From a virus (Duplodnaviria; Heunggongvirae; Uroviricota; Caudoviricetes): a stretch of 36,706 nucleotides of DNA. Location of the stretch: IMG/VR virus record IMGVR_UViG_2529293140_000002. One strand, given 5' to 3'. A model generated the notes under the pieces. The model searched no databases and was not told the DNA's origin. It was given only the letters and a program-made list of their open reading frames with translations. Positions 8,244-17,365 of this stretch are shown in pieces; the first letter of the stretch is position 1, and every line of letters begins with the position of its first letter. A program made the translations under genes and the position numbers.

Positions 8244-10364
8244 ATGAGTACATATCATAATGATCAGCCAATACTAGGTGGTCAAAATGACCCCGATTTA
8301 TTAAACAGGCTCGATTTTGCAAATCACTTGGCAAATATTCTACTATTAAATCACAATGATGATTGCCTTACTGTATCTATAGAGGCAGAGTGGGGATATG
8401 GTAAAACGTCAGTGATAAATCTTATAAAAGGTGCTTTGAATGAAAAGGAGTTCTTACCAATAATAATAGAATATAATCCATGGCTGGCCGGTCAACCTGA
8501 ATCCTTGATTCAGGATTTTTTATTACAGTTCTCTTCACAACTAAATATTAAAGACAATTCAAAAGCTGCTTTGGAAGCTTCAAAAGAATTAATTGCATAC
8601 TCCAATCTCTTCAGTGTAGCAAAACTTATTCCAGGGACAGAACCTTGGGCATCTATCATAGAAAAAGTCCTCTCTAATTTTGGGAGTGCTACTAAAAAGA
8701 TTGCTGAATTAAAAAAACTGGATCTTTTAGGTAGAAAAAAACAAGTAGAGAAGGCAATAAAAAAAATAAAAAATCCTATTGTGGTAATAATTGATGATAT
8801 TGATCGATTGACTCCTGCAGAAACTTTTCAAGTTTTACGATTGGTTAAAGCAGTTGCAGATTTCTCAGGAACTTCTTTTTTACTTGCATTTGATCCTAAT
8901 TATTTGATTTCTGTGCTTGATAAAAATAATATCGTCAATTCTTCGGAGTATCTTAATAAAATTGTTCAACTTCGAGTCCCACTTCCTGTAATCTCAGAAA
9001 GGGGTATGAATGAACTTGCAAATGCAGAACTGGAAAAGATAGCTAATAAATCTTTAACTGACAGATTCGAAAGTGATCAAGAAAGACTAAGCTGGATTTA
9101 TCATAATTATTTTAAAAAACTAATTAAGAATCCGAGAGAGTTAAAAAGATTTTTTAACCATTTGAGATTCGTTTTAGAGCAAATTGAAGGGCAGGTATGT
9201 TTTTCTGATCTCTTTGCTTTATCTCTGGTCGCCACTAAATCGAGTTTGGTATACGAGCATATTAAAAGCACACCAGAGGCATATATAGGGAAGAGATTCA
9301 CTAATGATGGCCTTTTGATGGATAAACCTCAAGATATTGTGGATAGATTTAGTGATGAGCGAAATAAGAAACTGAGTAATTTTTCTGATCAAGAGCGTTC
9401 AGTGATGCAGGAACTCTTAGGAGATATTTTCCCACTTCTACAGTCAAGCGGGTATTCTCATTATGGGGTTTCTGATCCCGATACAGCAGGAAGGGTTTCT
9501 GCACCACAAAGGCTTCATATTGCGTTTCATTATAAAACTCCAGCAGGGTATATTTCTGATCATGATATTATCAGTTTCATTAATGGAGATGTCAAAAGAA
9601 ACGAATTTCTAAGAGATGTGCTCTCGCAAAATGCAGAAGAAAGATTTTTTGAAATGATGAATAATTATTCGAGTTATTGTAAGGATAATAGTTTTGAAAT
9701 ATTAACGTGTATTTATGATACTTTTCTGTTTTCTCAAGAATTGAAATCCTCATTGGAAAGAAACTATGGTTTTTTGACAAAAGATCTTTATAGAAGGATG
9801 AATTGGCTCACTAATAAGGTAATATCTGAAAGTGATGATAAATATGGGTTAATAAAGGGGGTTGTAGGTAGGCATGAGAATGCGCCACTTGGTGCAGACG
9901 TATTATGCCAAGCTCGTAAACAGATTCAAAATGGATGGAATGACAAAATATGGGTTAGTATTGAAGAATTGGCTGAACTTGAAGGTATCTTTCAACAGGT
10001 GGCTATTAAAGTTTTAAGTGATAAAATATATTTTGATTATCATCTTGAATCTCATATATTTTTCGAATTAAAGAGAGTTTCATCTCAATTTACATCAGAG
10101 TTTATTGCTTCTGTATTATCAAGTGATGGCCTGATTAGGATGTGTGAGATTATTGGTGAAACAGGTAGTGATTCAACAAATGGCCCTTATTTTAAGTTTG
10201 ATGAAATTTACTTCGGGGAAATACTTGATGTGAATGAACTTCGAAATAAAGCGAAAAATTTAGATTTTTCAATTTATCCCACACGCATTCAAGCTGTACT
10301 TAAGAGTATTCTGGATGGACAAAAATATTATTTGAGAGATGCAACTGTTGGTGAAGATTGGTAA
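8244..10364 (+). CDS. KAP-family P-loop NTPase
   Basis: About 706 aa from the ATG at 8244 (the track ORF starts at a TTG at 8238); Walker A WGYGKTS at 8391-8411 and Walker B hhhhDDIDR (IVVIIDDIDRL) at about 8781-8807, the characteristic KAP NTPase signatures; strongly AT-rich compared with the phage backbone. Confidence 0.8.
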   Translation: MSTYHNDQPILGGQNDPDLLNRLDFANHLANILLLNHNDDCLTVSIEAEWGYGKTSVINLIKGALNEKEFLPIIIEYNPWLAGQPESLIQDFLLQFSSQLNIKDNSKAALEASKELIAYSNLFSVAKLIPGTEPWASIIEKVLSNFGSATKKIAELKKLDLLGRKKQVEKAIKKIKNPIVVIIDDIDRLTPAETFQVLRLVKAVADFSGTSFLLAFDPNYLISVLDKNNIVNSSEYLNKIVQLRVPLPVISERGMNELANAELEKIANKSLTDRFESDQERLSWIYHNYFKKLIKNPRELKRFFNHLRFVLEQIEGQVCFSDLFALSLVATKSSLVYEHIKSTPEAYIGKRFTNDGLLMDKPQDIVDRFSDERNKKLSNFSDQERSVMQELLGDIFPLLQSSGYSHYGVSDPDTAGRVSAPQRLHIAFHYKTPAGYISDHDIISFINGDVKRNEFLRDVLSQNAEERFFEMMNNYSSYCKDNSFEILTCIYDTFLFSQELKSSLERNYGFLTKDLYRRMNWLTNKVISESDDKYGLIKGVVGRHENAPLGADVLCQARKQIQNGWNDKIWVSIEELAELEGIFQQVAIKVLSDKIYFDYHLESHIFFELKRVSSQFTSEFIASVLSSDGLIRMCEIIGETGSDSTNGPYFKFDEIYFGEILDVNELRNKAKNLDFSIYPTRIQAVLKSILDGQKYYLRDATVGEDW

Positions 10365-10956
10365 TACTTTTATAGGCATGCTTAGAGATGATGGAGTATC
10401 TTTTTCTCCCTTTTTGAGGAAGTGATTTCCAACTGGGCATGGATGCCACATCAAATGGACAGTTGTTGTCACCTGTCAGTTAGCTGCTATTTGTTTATAG
10501 CAGCTGAAAGCCCACTACATAGTTACACCAGAAGGAGTAACAATGTAGTGGATAGCTAAATTTGACCACCTTAACAGATATGTTAATTTCCCCCCTCGCT
10601 CACAGCGGACTTTCATCTTTGTAAACCCTTATAATTCGCTTTTCAGCGGTCATTCAGATACGGATTTACGCTTTCCTTGGCAGTGCATGACTATGACGCA
10701 TGAGATCGCATGATCGTTTGAGGATCGTTTTTGCTGAGGCCAGCCAGAACTGGCGTGCTTTTGCTTATGTCATGCAGGTGCATGAAAACCACTACATAAA
10801 GTGGGCAGGCGTGGCGGGGATACGAGCGCGCGCTAACTCTTGGCTTTGTTTCATAATCAAAAATGTGATCATTGAGATTATTCTTAATTTTATGTTTGTC
10901 TATGAAATATCATTTCGCTTAACATTGTTTGAGTTAGGACTACATGAGAATAAAGA

Positions 10957-11532
10957 ATGCTTTTACCCGTAAGTGTTACATCGTGTGGCTTGTATCACCC
11001 CTACTGGCATTTGGGAGAGCGCAACCCTCATAGCGATGAACTATCAAGGCAGATGATGGATTTTAAGGATGAAAATAATCGTAATCATCAAAGGGCTATT
11101 AACCGTTTTTCTCGATTAGCTATAGATAAGGTTGGGCGGTTAGTAATCAGAGGTGGCGGTGGGCGTTTTGTTGAGTCTCCTTTTTCGATAGCAGTCGTCC
11201 CATCTCACACTGAAGGCAGAATTTCACCGGCTTTGATTGAGGTCGCCGAGCGAATCGTAAATGTTCACCGTCGGGGCATTGTTGATTGCTGTTTGGAAAG
11301 AACACGCACTGTTCCTAGCGCACATCGTGAAGGAGGAGATCGCTCAATTACTGGTCACATGTCTAGTATCAGAGTTAGGGGTGGTAACCTCATGGGGCGA
11401 AATGTGTTACTACTAGATGATGTTAAAACAACAGGCGGTAGTTTGTCTGCGTGTTTTTATTTACTGGAGTCTGCAGGAGCTGGAGTTATAATGCCATTAG
11501 CTCTGCTAGAAACTGCAAACTATGAGGAGTAG
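10957..11532 (+). CDS. Phosphoribosyltransferase-domain protein (ComF-like PRTase); candidate toxin or effector
   Basis: 191-aa ORF; type I PRTase PRPP-binding signature VLLLDDVKTTGGSL at 11404-11442 plus upstream ComF-like blocks (SIAVVPSH, LERTRTVPSAHRE); N-terminus uncertain because a possibly frameshifted ORF 10700-10972 lies upstream. Confidence 0.7.
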   Translation: MLLPVSVTSCGLYHPYWHLGERNPHSDELSRQMMDFKDENNRNHQRAINRFSRLAIDKVGRLVIRGGGGRFVESPFSIAVVPSHTEGRISPALIEVAERIVNVHRRGIVDCCLERTRTVPSAHREGGDRSITGHMSSIRVRGGNLMGRNVLLLDDVKTTGGSLSACFYLLESAGAGVIMPLALLETANYEE

Positions 11533-12496
11533 CAAAGTGCACTCAGAAGAATTAAAAAATACACTTGGATTAGCTATTCAAATCGGGAAGCTAGCATCTG
11601 ATCAAAGTGTATTGAAATTCTTTGAGCTTATTGATTTTGATGTTATTCGTGATATACGCGACTTAACTGAGATGGTTAATAGCCACGGGTTTCTAAAAGA
11701 TAAAATATCTGAGACTGATTTTCTAATAGCGAATGCTGAATTGGAGAACCACCATGTTAATGGTGTGGAGCTAATACCATATGGGTCTGAATTCTATCCT
11801 CTTAGTTTAGCGTTTACTCCTAATCCACCATCAATTCTCTACATAAAAGGGGATAAAAGTATACTAAAAGAATTGCCGGGTGTCGCAATTGTAGGATCCC
11901 GTGATACTTCCCCTGCAGGGGAAGAAATAACGAGGCGAATCACTAATCAGATAGTGTCTGCTGGGTATATTGTTGTAAGTGGGTTAGCAATAGGCACTGA
12001 TGCGAATGCTCATAAGGCAACGTTACAAGCAAAAGGAAAAACCATTGCTGTCTTGGCGCATGGTCTTGAGGAGGCTAAGCCGAAGCAAAACAGTCGACTT
12101 GCTCAAGAGATTCTGGATAAAGGTGGTGCATGGATTTCTGAGTATCCTATGGGGCGACCGGCCCAGAAACAATCATTTGTACAAAGAAATCGGATACAAG
12201 TTGGATTATCTGCAGGTTCAATTTTAATCGAGGCTGCGTTAAATAGCGGAACGATAACTCAAGCTGAGTTTGCAAATAAGGCTAAAAGACCAGTGTTTGC
12301 GGTTGTACCTCACCTACCTAATAATCCGCTTAATCTTAATTGTGAGGGAACAGTTGATTTAGTTAAGAGCAACATGGCTAGAGCGTTAAAAACAAAACGG
12401 GATTATGATGATGTGATTATGATCATAAATGAGTCTCGGGAGTATTTGTTAGAGCTAAAATGGCCAGGGAAACAGAGTACATTAGACTTGATTTAA
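11522..12496 (+). CDS. DprA/Smf-like Rossmann-fold protein; candidate antitoxin or partner of the PRTase
   Basis: 324-aa ORF overlapping the PRTase stop (alternative GTG at 11537 after GAGGAG); DprA signature VAIVGSR...VVSGLAIGTDANAHKA...IAVLAHGL...SEYP...RNRI...LIEAALNSG...RPVFAV. Confidence 0.75.
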   Translation: MRSSKVHSEELKNTLGLAIQIGKLASDQSVLKFFELIDFDVIRDIRDLTEMVNSHGFLKDKISETDFLIANAELENHHVNGVELIPYGSEFYPLSLAFTPNPPSILYIKGDKSILKELPGVAIVGSRDTSPAGEEITRRITNQIVSAGYIVVSGLAIGTDANAHKATLQAKGKTIAVLAHGLEEAKPKQNSRLAQEILDKGGAWISEYPMGRPAQKQSFVQRNRIQVGLSAGSILIEAALNSGTITQAEFANKAKRPVFAVVPHLPNNPLNLNCEGTVDLVKSNMARALKTKRDYDDVIMIINESREYLLELKWPGKQSTLDLI

Positions 12497-12520
12497 AGCG
12501 CCTCTTTTAGAGGCACTTTG

Positions 12521-13546
12521 CTAAATTTGATATCTCTCGAATTTTATAATTTCTTCACCGCTCCAATGATTAAATTCTTTCATTCTTTTTTGTAATGGTA
12601 ATAATTCATTTTTCACAAATACCTTACTAGCTTTTTCTACATCCCCAAATCCCCCAACATTATTAGGCATTATCCCCATCATCTGTGGCGGAACGCGATG
12701 TGCTGCCATCATGTCATCCCGGCTCACGTTCTTGATATTTAGAAACTCATCCTTCGCCGCAACTTCTGACAAAGGGATGATCTGAAGGCCGTCCTTTTTG
12801 CCGTTAGGCGAGTACATAAACAGGTTGCGGAAGTTACCCGGACCTTTGGCACTTTTCATTGCATTGCGGAGGTTGTTCACGTCCTCCTGGTTCTGCGCAG
12901 CATCGGTCATGTACATGATGAAGCCTGCATGACTACCGTTAATGTAATACTTGCGGCGGAACAGCGTGGCGGACTCATTGAGCAGGGCGGACGGAATGGC
13001 AGAAAGATAGCTGGGCAGGCCGTAGATCTCCTGGTTAATGTCCGGTTCCATCAGATGAAAAATGCTGCCTTTCGTGAACTGATACGGCTGGGTTGTCATA
13101 CCGTATTGCACAAACCAGTAGGTATCCAGGTCTAACCCGCGTCGGGTGTATTTTGCCAGAGCAGGCTCAAGGGCGATAACTTCACCGAAGCGGTTCGTGC
13201 GTTTCTCCAGGTAGGCGTTACCAAATACCAGATAGTCCTGCACAAAACGTGAAAAAGCCTGCTGGCTGAGCAGCGGGTGAGGGATGTAGGTACTGGTCAG
13301 AATGTTGCATTTTACTGCAATTGGTGAGCTGTGATGCACGGCAGCGCGGAAGGTTCGTGCCAGTCCGTCAAAGCTGACGGGCGGCTCATACCAGCGGTCC
13401 ATCTGTACGCATTCCACATAGTCCAGCAGTTCACGGCGGTCCAGAACAGGAACGGGATCGCCAAAGCTGAATGCTTCGGCTGAAGTCTGGCTTTTATGCT
13501 TGAGCTGATTCGTCGCCGCAGCGCGGTTTTTCTTACTCTTTCCCAT
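12521..13546 (-). CDS. Q: Portal protein (P2 gpQ-like)
   Basis: ORF 12521-13549 minus; ATG at 13546-13544 overlapping the upstream terminase stop; size about 341 aa; conserved position and length for P2-family portal. Confidence 0.85.
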   Translation of the reverse strand: MGKSKKNRAAATNQLKHKSQTSAEAFSFGDPVPVLDRRELLDYVECVQMDRWYEPPVSFDGLARTFRAAVHHSSPIAVKCNILTSTYIPHPLLSQQAFSRFVQDYLVFGNAYLEKRTNRFGEVIALEPALAKYTRRGLDLDTYWFVQYGMTTQPYQFTKGSIFHLMEPDINQEIYGLPSYLSAIPSALLNESATLFRRKYYINGSHAGFIMYMTDAAQNQEDVNNLRNAMKSAKGPGNFRNLFMYSPNGKKDGLQIIPLSEVAAKDEFLNIKNVSRDDMMAAHRVPPQMMGIMPNNVGGFGDVEKASKVFVKNELLPLQKRMKEFNHWSGEEIIKFERYQI

Positions 13547-15312
13547 CAAAAAATCTCCACAATATTGCTGGTATTGGCGGATTCGCCCTGCAGCGGTTCG
13601 TTAAACAGTGCGTGCATCGTTGCCCAGGCCAGATCGGCGTGGCTGGCTTCTTCGCTGCGGCTGGCTTCATAGGTCGGGCGGTTGCCGCTGGCGGTGGTGG
13701 CGCGACGGATTGCCATGAATGACTGCGCAATGTCGGTGTGCCCGGCGTCAAACTCCAGACGGCGGTGGCTGATAATGTCGTAGGCCTTGAGTACCAGGGC
13801 GTTTTTAACATTGGGGTTGTAGACAAACTCCCGGACGGCAGGAAAGAACGCTTTCACGTTCTCATAAACCCCGTGACCAACGCCGGTTGAGTCGATACCG
13901 ATATAGGTCACGTTGTACTGTTCGGTGAGTTTTTTGATGGCGTCAGCCTGGGCGCGGAAGTCCATCCCGCGCCACTGGTGACGCTCAAGAATGCGGAACT
14001 TACCACCCGGCACGGCTGGCGGAGCCACCACCACGCATCCGGCACTGTCGCCGTTCTGCGTACCTTTTGCCGGGTCATAACCGATCCACACTTCGCGCCA
14101 GCCAAACGGGCGCAGGGCCAGTGCATGAAAGTCGGTCCAGACTTCCCAGCTGTCCACCATGCACGCCTGCAGTTCGCTGAGCGGGAACACGGACGCGAGA
14201 TCGTCCACGAACTCGCACATCAGCAGGTTCTGGTATTCGTCCGGGCTGTACTCCATGCGTAGCTGGTCGAGGTCGAACAGGTTACAGCCGCCGCGCACCG
14301 CATCTTCCACGGTGACTATCTGGCGGTATTGCCCGTCTGCGCACAGCAGGCCGGGGGCCAAATTGCTGTGGGACAGGTCGATGTCCACCTTGTCAGCTTT
14401 GTTGCGTCCACGGTTGAACAGCGCACCGGACCAGAACGGATAAGCACTGTGGGTCAGGCTGGATGGCGTGGAAAAATAGGTTTGTCGCCATTTTTTGTGA
14501 ATAGCCATCCCGGAAGCCACTTTGCGCAGCTCCTGGAATTTCGGTATCCAGAAATATTCATCCAGATACAGGTTGCCGTGATAACTCTGGGCCGTGCGGG
14601 CATTGGTGCCGAGGAAGTAAAGCGTGGCTCCGTTAGGAAGCACCATCGGATCGCCTTTTAGCTCCACCTCGACTTCTTTGGCGAAGTCGATGATGTATTG
14701 TTTAAAGACGTGGGCCTGAGCCTTACTGGCAGAAAGGAAAATCTGGTTACGTCCGGTAAGCAGGGCGTCAATCAGGGCTTCACGGGCAAAATAGAAGGTC
14801 GCGCCGATCTGGCGTGACTTCAGCAGGTTGCGGATGCGGTTGGTTTTTCCGGCTTCCCACCAGTGGCGCTGGTAGTTGAACATGGAGGAATGGAAGATTT
14901 CTTCCAGCTTCTCAATCTGCTCATCGGTGAAAACATTCTTTTCCGGCTGACGGCGTGGGCCTTTATTGCGGTTGGCGACGTTAGGGTTTAAGTCGGCTTC
15001 GTTGCCGCCATTGTTAAACTTGCCGATCCGCGCGTGGCGCTCAGACTGGCGCGCCAGCAGGTCAATCTCTTTGAAATCTTTCCCTTCTTTGTGCTCCTTC
15101 ATAATGAGCTGGCAGTAGCGTGCGGCGGTGGTGAGCTGCATCTGATCCAGCGGCCCATAGTCACCCCACTTGTCGCGTTTTTTCCAGCTGTGAACGGTTG
15201 CAACTTTCTCGCCCAGCATTTCAGCAATGCGGGCTACGCGGTATCCCTGAAAGTACAGCAGCATGGCCTGCCGACGGGGATCGAGATCTGCGGGTGTCAG
15301 TGTGGTGTTCAT
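13546..15312 (-). CDS. P: Terminase large subunit, ATPase (P2 gpP-like)
   Basis: 588-aa ORF, start ATG at 15312-15310 (MNTTLTPADL); divergent from the scaffold gene O as in P2. Confidence 0.9.
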   Translation of the reverse strand: MNTTLTPADLDPRRQAMLLYFQGYRVARIAEMLGEKVATVHSWKKRDKWGDYGPLDQMQLTTAARYCQLIMKEHKEGKDFKEIDLLARQSERHARIGKFNNGGNEADLNPNVANRNKGPRRQPEKNVFTDEQIEKLEEIFHSSMFNYQRHWWEAGKTNRIRNLLKSRQIGATFYFAREALIDALLTGRNQIFLSASKAQAHVFKQYIIDFAKEVEVELKGDPMVLPNGATLYFLGTNARTAQSYHGNLYLDEYFWIPKFQELRKVASGMAIHKKWRQTYFSTPSSLTHSAYPFWSGALFNRGRNKADKVDIDLSHSNLAPGLLCADGQYRQIVTVEDAVRGGCNLFDLDQLRMEYSPDEYQNLLMCEFVDDLASVFPLSELQACMVDSWEVWTDFHALALRPFGWREVWIGYDPAKGTQNGDSAGCVVVAPPAVPGGKFRILERHQWRGMDFRAQADAIKKLTEQYNVTYIGIDSTGVGHGVYENVKAFFPAVREFVYNPNVKNALVLKAYDIISHRRLEFDAGHTDIAQSFMAIRRATTASGNRPTYEASRSEEASHADLAWATMHALFNEPLQGESANTSNIVEIF

Positions 15313-15358
15313 GGCACAAACCTACAGCCTTGAATGAAGGCTTTCCCCGCCTGCGGTT

Positions 15359-15376
15359 TGTGTGGTTGTCGGTACA
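15359..15376. promoter_or_regulatory. Ogr-type late-activator site TGT-N12-ACA (P/O divergent late promoter region)
   Basis: TGTGTGGTTGTCGGTACA in the 142-bp P-O intergenic region; nearly identical to the site upstream of the sheath gene (26612-26629). Confidence 0.5.
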
Positions 15377-15454
15377 AATACCGCGCATTGTTTCACTGCC
15401 CCCATCACCGCAACCATAAGGCTCCAGTAAGTTTTTTCTAACGGAGCACGGCTC

Positions 15455-16288
15455 ATGACAGTGAAAGCAAAGCGTTTTCGCATCGGGGTGGAAGGTGCCA
15501 CTACCGACGGACGCGAAATCCAGCGTGAATGGCTGGAACAGATGGCAGCCAGCTACAATCCGGCGGTGTACACCGCGCTGATTAACCTTGAGCACATCAA
15601 GTCTTATCTTCCGGACAGCACCTTTAACCGCTACGGCAAGGTGACGGCGCTGTTTGCTGAAGAAATCACGGAAGGTCCGCTGGCAGGCAAGATGGCACTG
15701 TATGCCGACGTTGAGCCAACGGAGTCCTTGGTGGAACTGGTGAAAAAAGGCCAGAAATTATTCACCTCTATGGAAGTCAGCCCGAAGTTCGCTGATACGG
15801 GCAAAGCCTACCTGGTTGGCCTGGCTGCCACTGATGATCCTGCCAGTCTGGGTACGGAAATGCTGACATTCAGCGCCAGTGCAGCCCATAACCCGCTGGC
15901 AAACCGCAAGCAGAATCCCGCCAATCTCTTTACCGCCGCAGAGGAAACGGTGATCGAACTGGAAGAAGTCCAGGACGACAAACCGTCCCTGTTTGCCCGC
16001 GTCACGGCGCTGTTTACCAAAAAAGAGCAGTCCGATGACGCCCGGTTCTCTGATGTGCATAAGGCCGTGGAGCTGGTCGCCACTGAGCAGCAGAACCTGA
16101 GCGCACGCACCGAAAAATCCCTGTCTGAGCAGGAAGAACGTCTGTCTGAGCTGGAGACTGCCCTGCAGGCACAGCAGACCGCCTTTAACGAACTGGTGAA
16201 TAAGCTGAGTCATGAAGACAGCCGACAGGACTACCGCCAGCGTGCAACAGGCGGTAACGCCCCCGCTGATACTCTGACCAATTGCTGA
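15455..16288 (+). CDS. O: Capsid scaffolding protein (P2 gpO-like)
   Basis: 277-aa ORF directly upstream of the major capsid gene; acidic, coiled-coil-rich C-terminal half; GGAG upstream. Confidence 0.85.
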   Translation: MTVKAKRFRIGVEGATTDGREIQREWLEQMAASYNPAVYTALINLEHIKSYLPDSTFNRYGKVTALFAEEITEGPLAGKMALYADVEPTESLVELVKKGQKLFTSMEVSPKFADTGKAYLVGLAATDDPASLGTEMLTFSASAAHNPLANRKQNPANLFTAAEETVIELEEVQDDKPSLFARVTALFTKKEQSDDARFSDVHKAVELVATEQQNLSARTEKSLSEQEERLSELETALQAQQTAFNELVNKLSHEDSRQDYRQRATGGNAPADTLTNC

Positions 16289-16303
16289 TGGAGCACAAAC
16301 CTG

Positions 16304-17362
16304 ATGAAGAAGAATACCCGCTTTGCTTTTAACGCTTACCTGCAGCAACTGGCACGTCTGAACGGTGTGGCAGTTGAAGAACTGTCCAGCAAGTTCACTG
16401 TAGAGCCGTCTGTGCAGCAGACGCTGGAAGACCAGATCCAGCAGTCCGCCGCTTTCCTGACGCTGATTAACGTCACGCCAGTGACTGAGCAGTCCGGTCA
16501 GCTGCTGGGGCTGGGTGTTGGCAGCACCATTGCCGGAACCACTGACACCACCGCGAAAGAGCGTGAACCTGTCGATCCGACGCTGATGGTCGATGTGGAA
16601 TACAAATGCGAGCAGACCAACTTTGACACGGTGCTGACCTACGCGAAGCTGGACCTGTGGGCGAAGTTTCAGGATTTCCAGGTGCGTATCCGTGACGCCA
16701 TCGTGAAACGTCAGGCACTGGACCGCATCATGATCGGCTTTAACGGCGTGAAGCGTGCGAAAACCTCCAACCGTAGTGAAAACCCGCTGCTGCAGGATGT
16801 GAACAAAGGCTGGCTGCAGAAAATCCGTGAGGATGCACCGGATCACGTCATGGGCAGCACCACCACGGGCGGTGAAACCACTCCGGGTGCGGTGAAAGTC
16901 GGGAAAGGTGGCGAATATGCCAACCTGGACGCTGTGGTGATGGATGCCGTCAATGAGCTTATCGACGTGGTTTACCAGGACGATGACGATCTGGTGGTGA
17001 TTTGCGGTCGTGAACTGTTGTCTGACAAGTATTTCCCGCTGGTCAACAAAGAGCAGGAAAACAGTGAAAAACTGGCTGCCGATATGATCATCAGCCAGAA
17101 ACGCATGGGTGGCCTGCAGGCCGTGCGTGCGCCGTTCTTCCCGCCGAATGCGCTGCTGGTCACCCGTCTGGATAACCTGTCCATCTACTGGCAGGAAGAC
17201 ACCCGCCGCCGTTCAGTTATCGACAACCCGAAACGTGACCGGATTGAAAACTTTGAATCCGTTAATGAAGCCTATGTGGTTGAGGACTACCGCTGCGCCG
17301 CACTGGTGGAAAACATCCAGATTGGTGATTTCAGCGCCGCCGCAGCCGAAACCGGAGCGTAA
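16304..17362 (+). CDS. N: Major capsid protein (P2 gpN-like)
   Basis: 352-aa ORF in conserved order O-N-M; size matches P2 N. Confidence 0.9.
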   Translation: MKKNTRFAFNAYLQQLARLNGVAVEELSSKFTVEPSVQQTLEDQIQQSAAFLTLINVTPVTEQSGQLLGLGVGSTIAGTTDTTAKEREPVDPTLMVDVEYKCEQTNFDTVLTYAKLDLWAKFQDFQVRIRDAIVKRQALDRIMIGFNGVKRAKTSNRSENPLLQDVNKGWLQKIREDAPDHVMGSTTTGGETTPGAVKVGKGGEYANLDAVVMDAVNELIDVVYQDDDDLVVICGRELLSDKYFPLVNKEQENSEKLAADMIISQKRMGGLQAVRAPFFPPNALLVTRLDNLSIYWQEDTRRRSVIDNPKRDRIENFESVNEAYVVEDYRCAALVENIQIGDFSAAAAETGA

Positions 17363-17365
17363 TCC

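Noticed and set aside
10700-10972. 90-aa plus-strand ORF upstream of the PRTase gene
   Set aside because: The second half translates AT-rich sequence into low-complexity hydrophobic residues and it overlaps the PRTase start in another frame; kept only as a possible frameshifted remnant (see findings), not called as a gene.
12000-12227. 75-aa alternative-frame ORF inside the DprA-like gene
   Set aside because: Internal out-of-frame ORF within a gene that has strong domain signatures in its own frame.
15758-16846. 362-aa minus-strand ORF overlapping the scaffold and capsid genes
   Set aside because: Antisense to two conserved, well-supported structural genes in GC-rich DNA, where long spurious ORFs are common; no start context or recognisable motifs.
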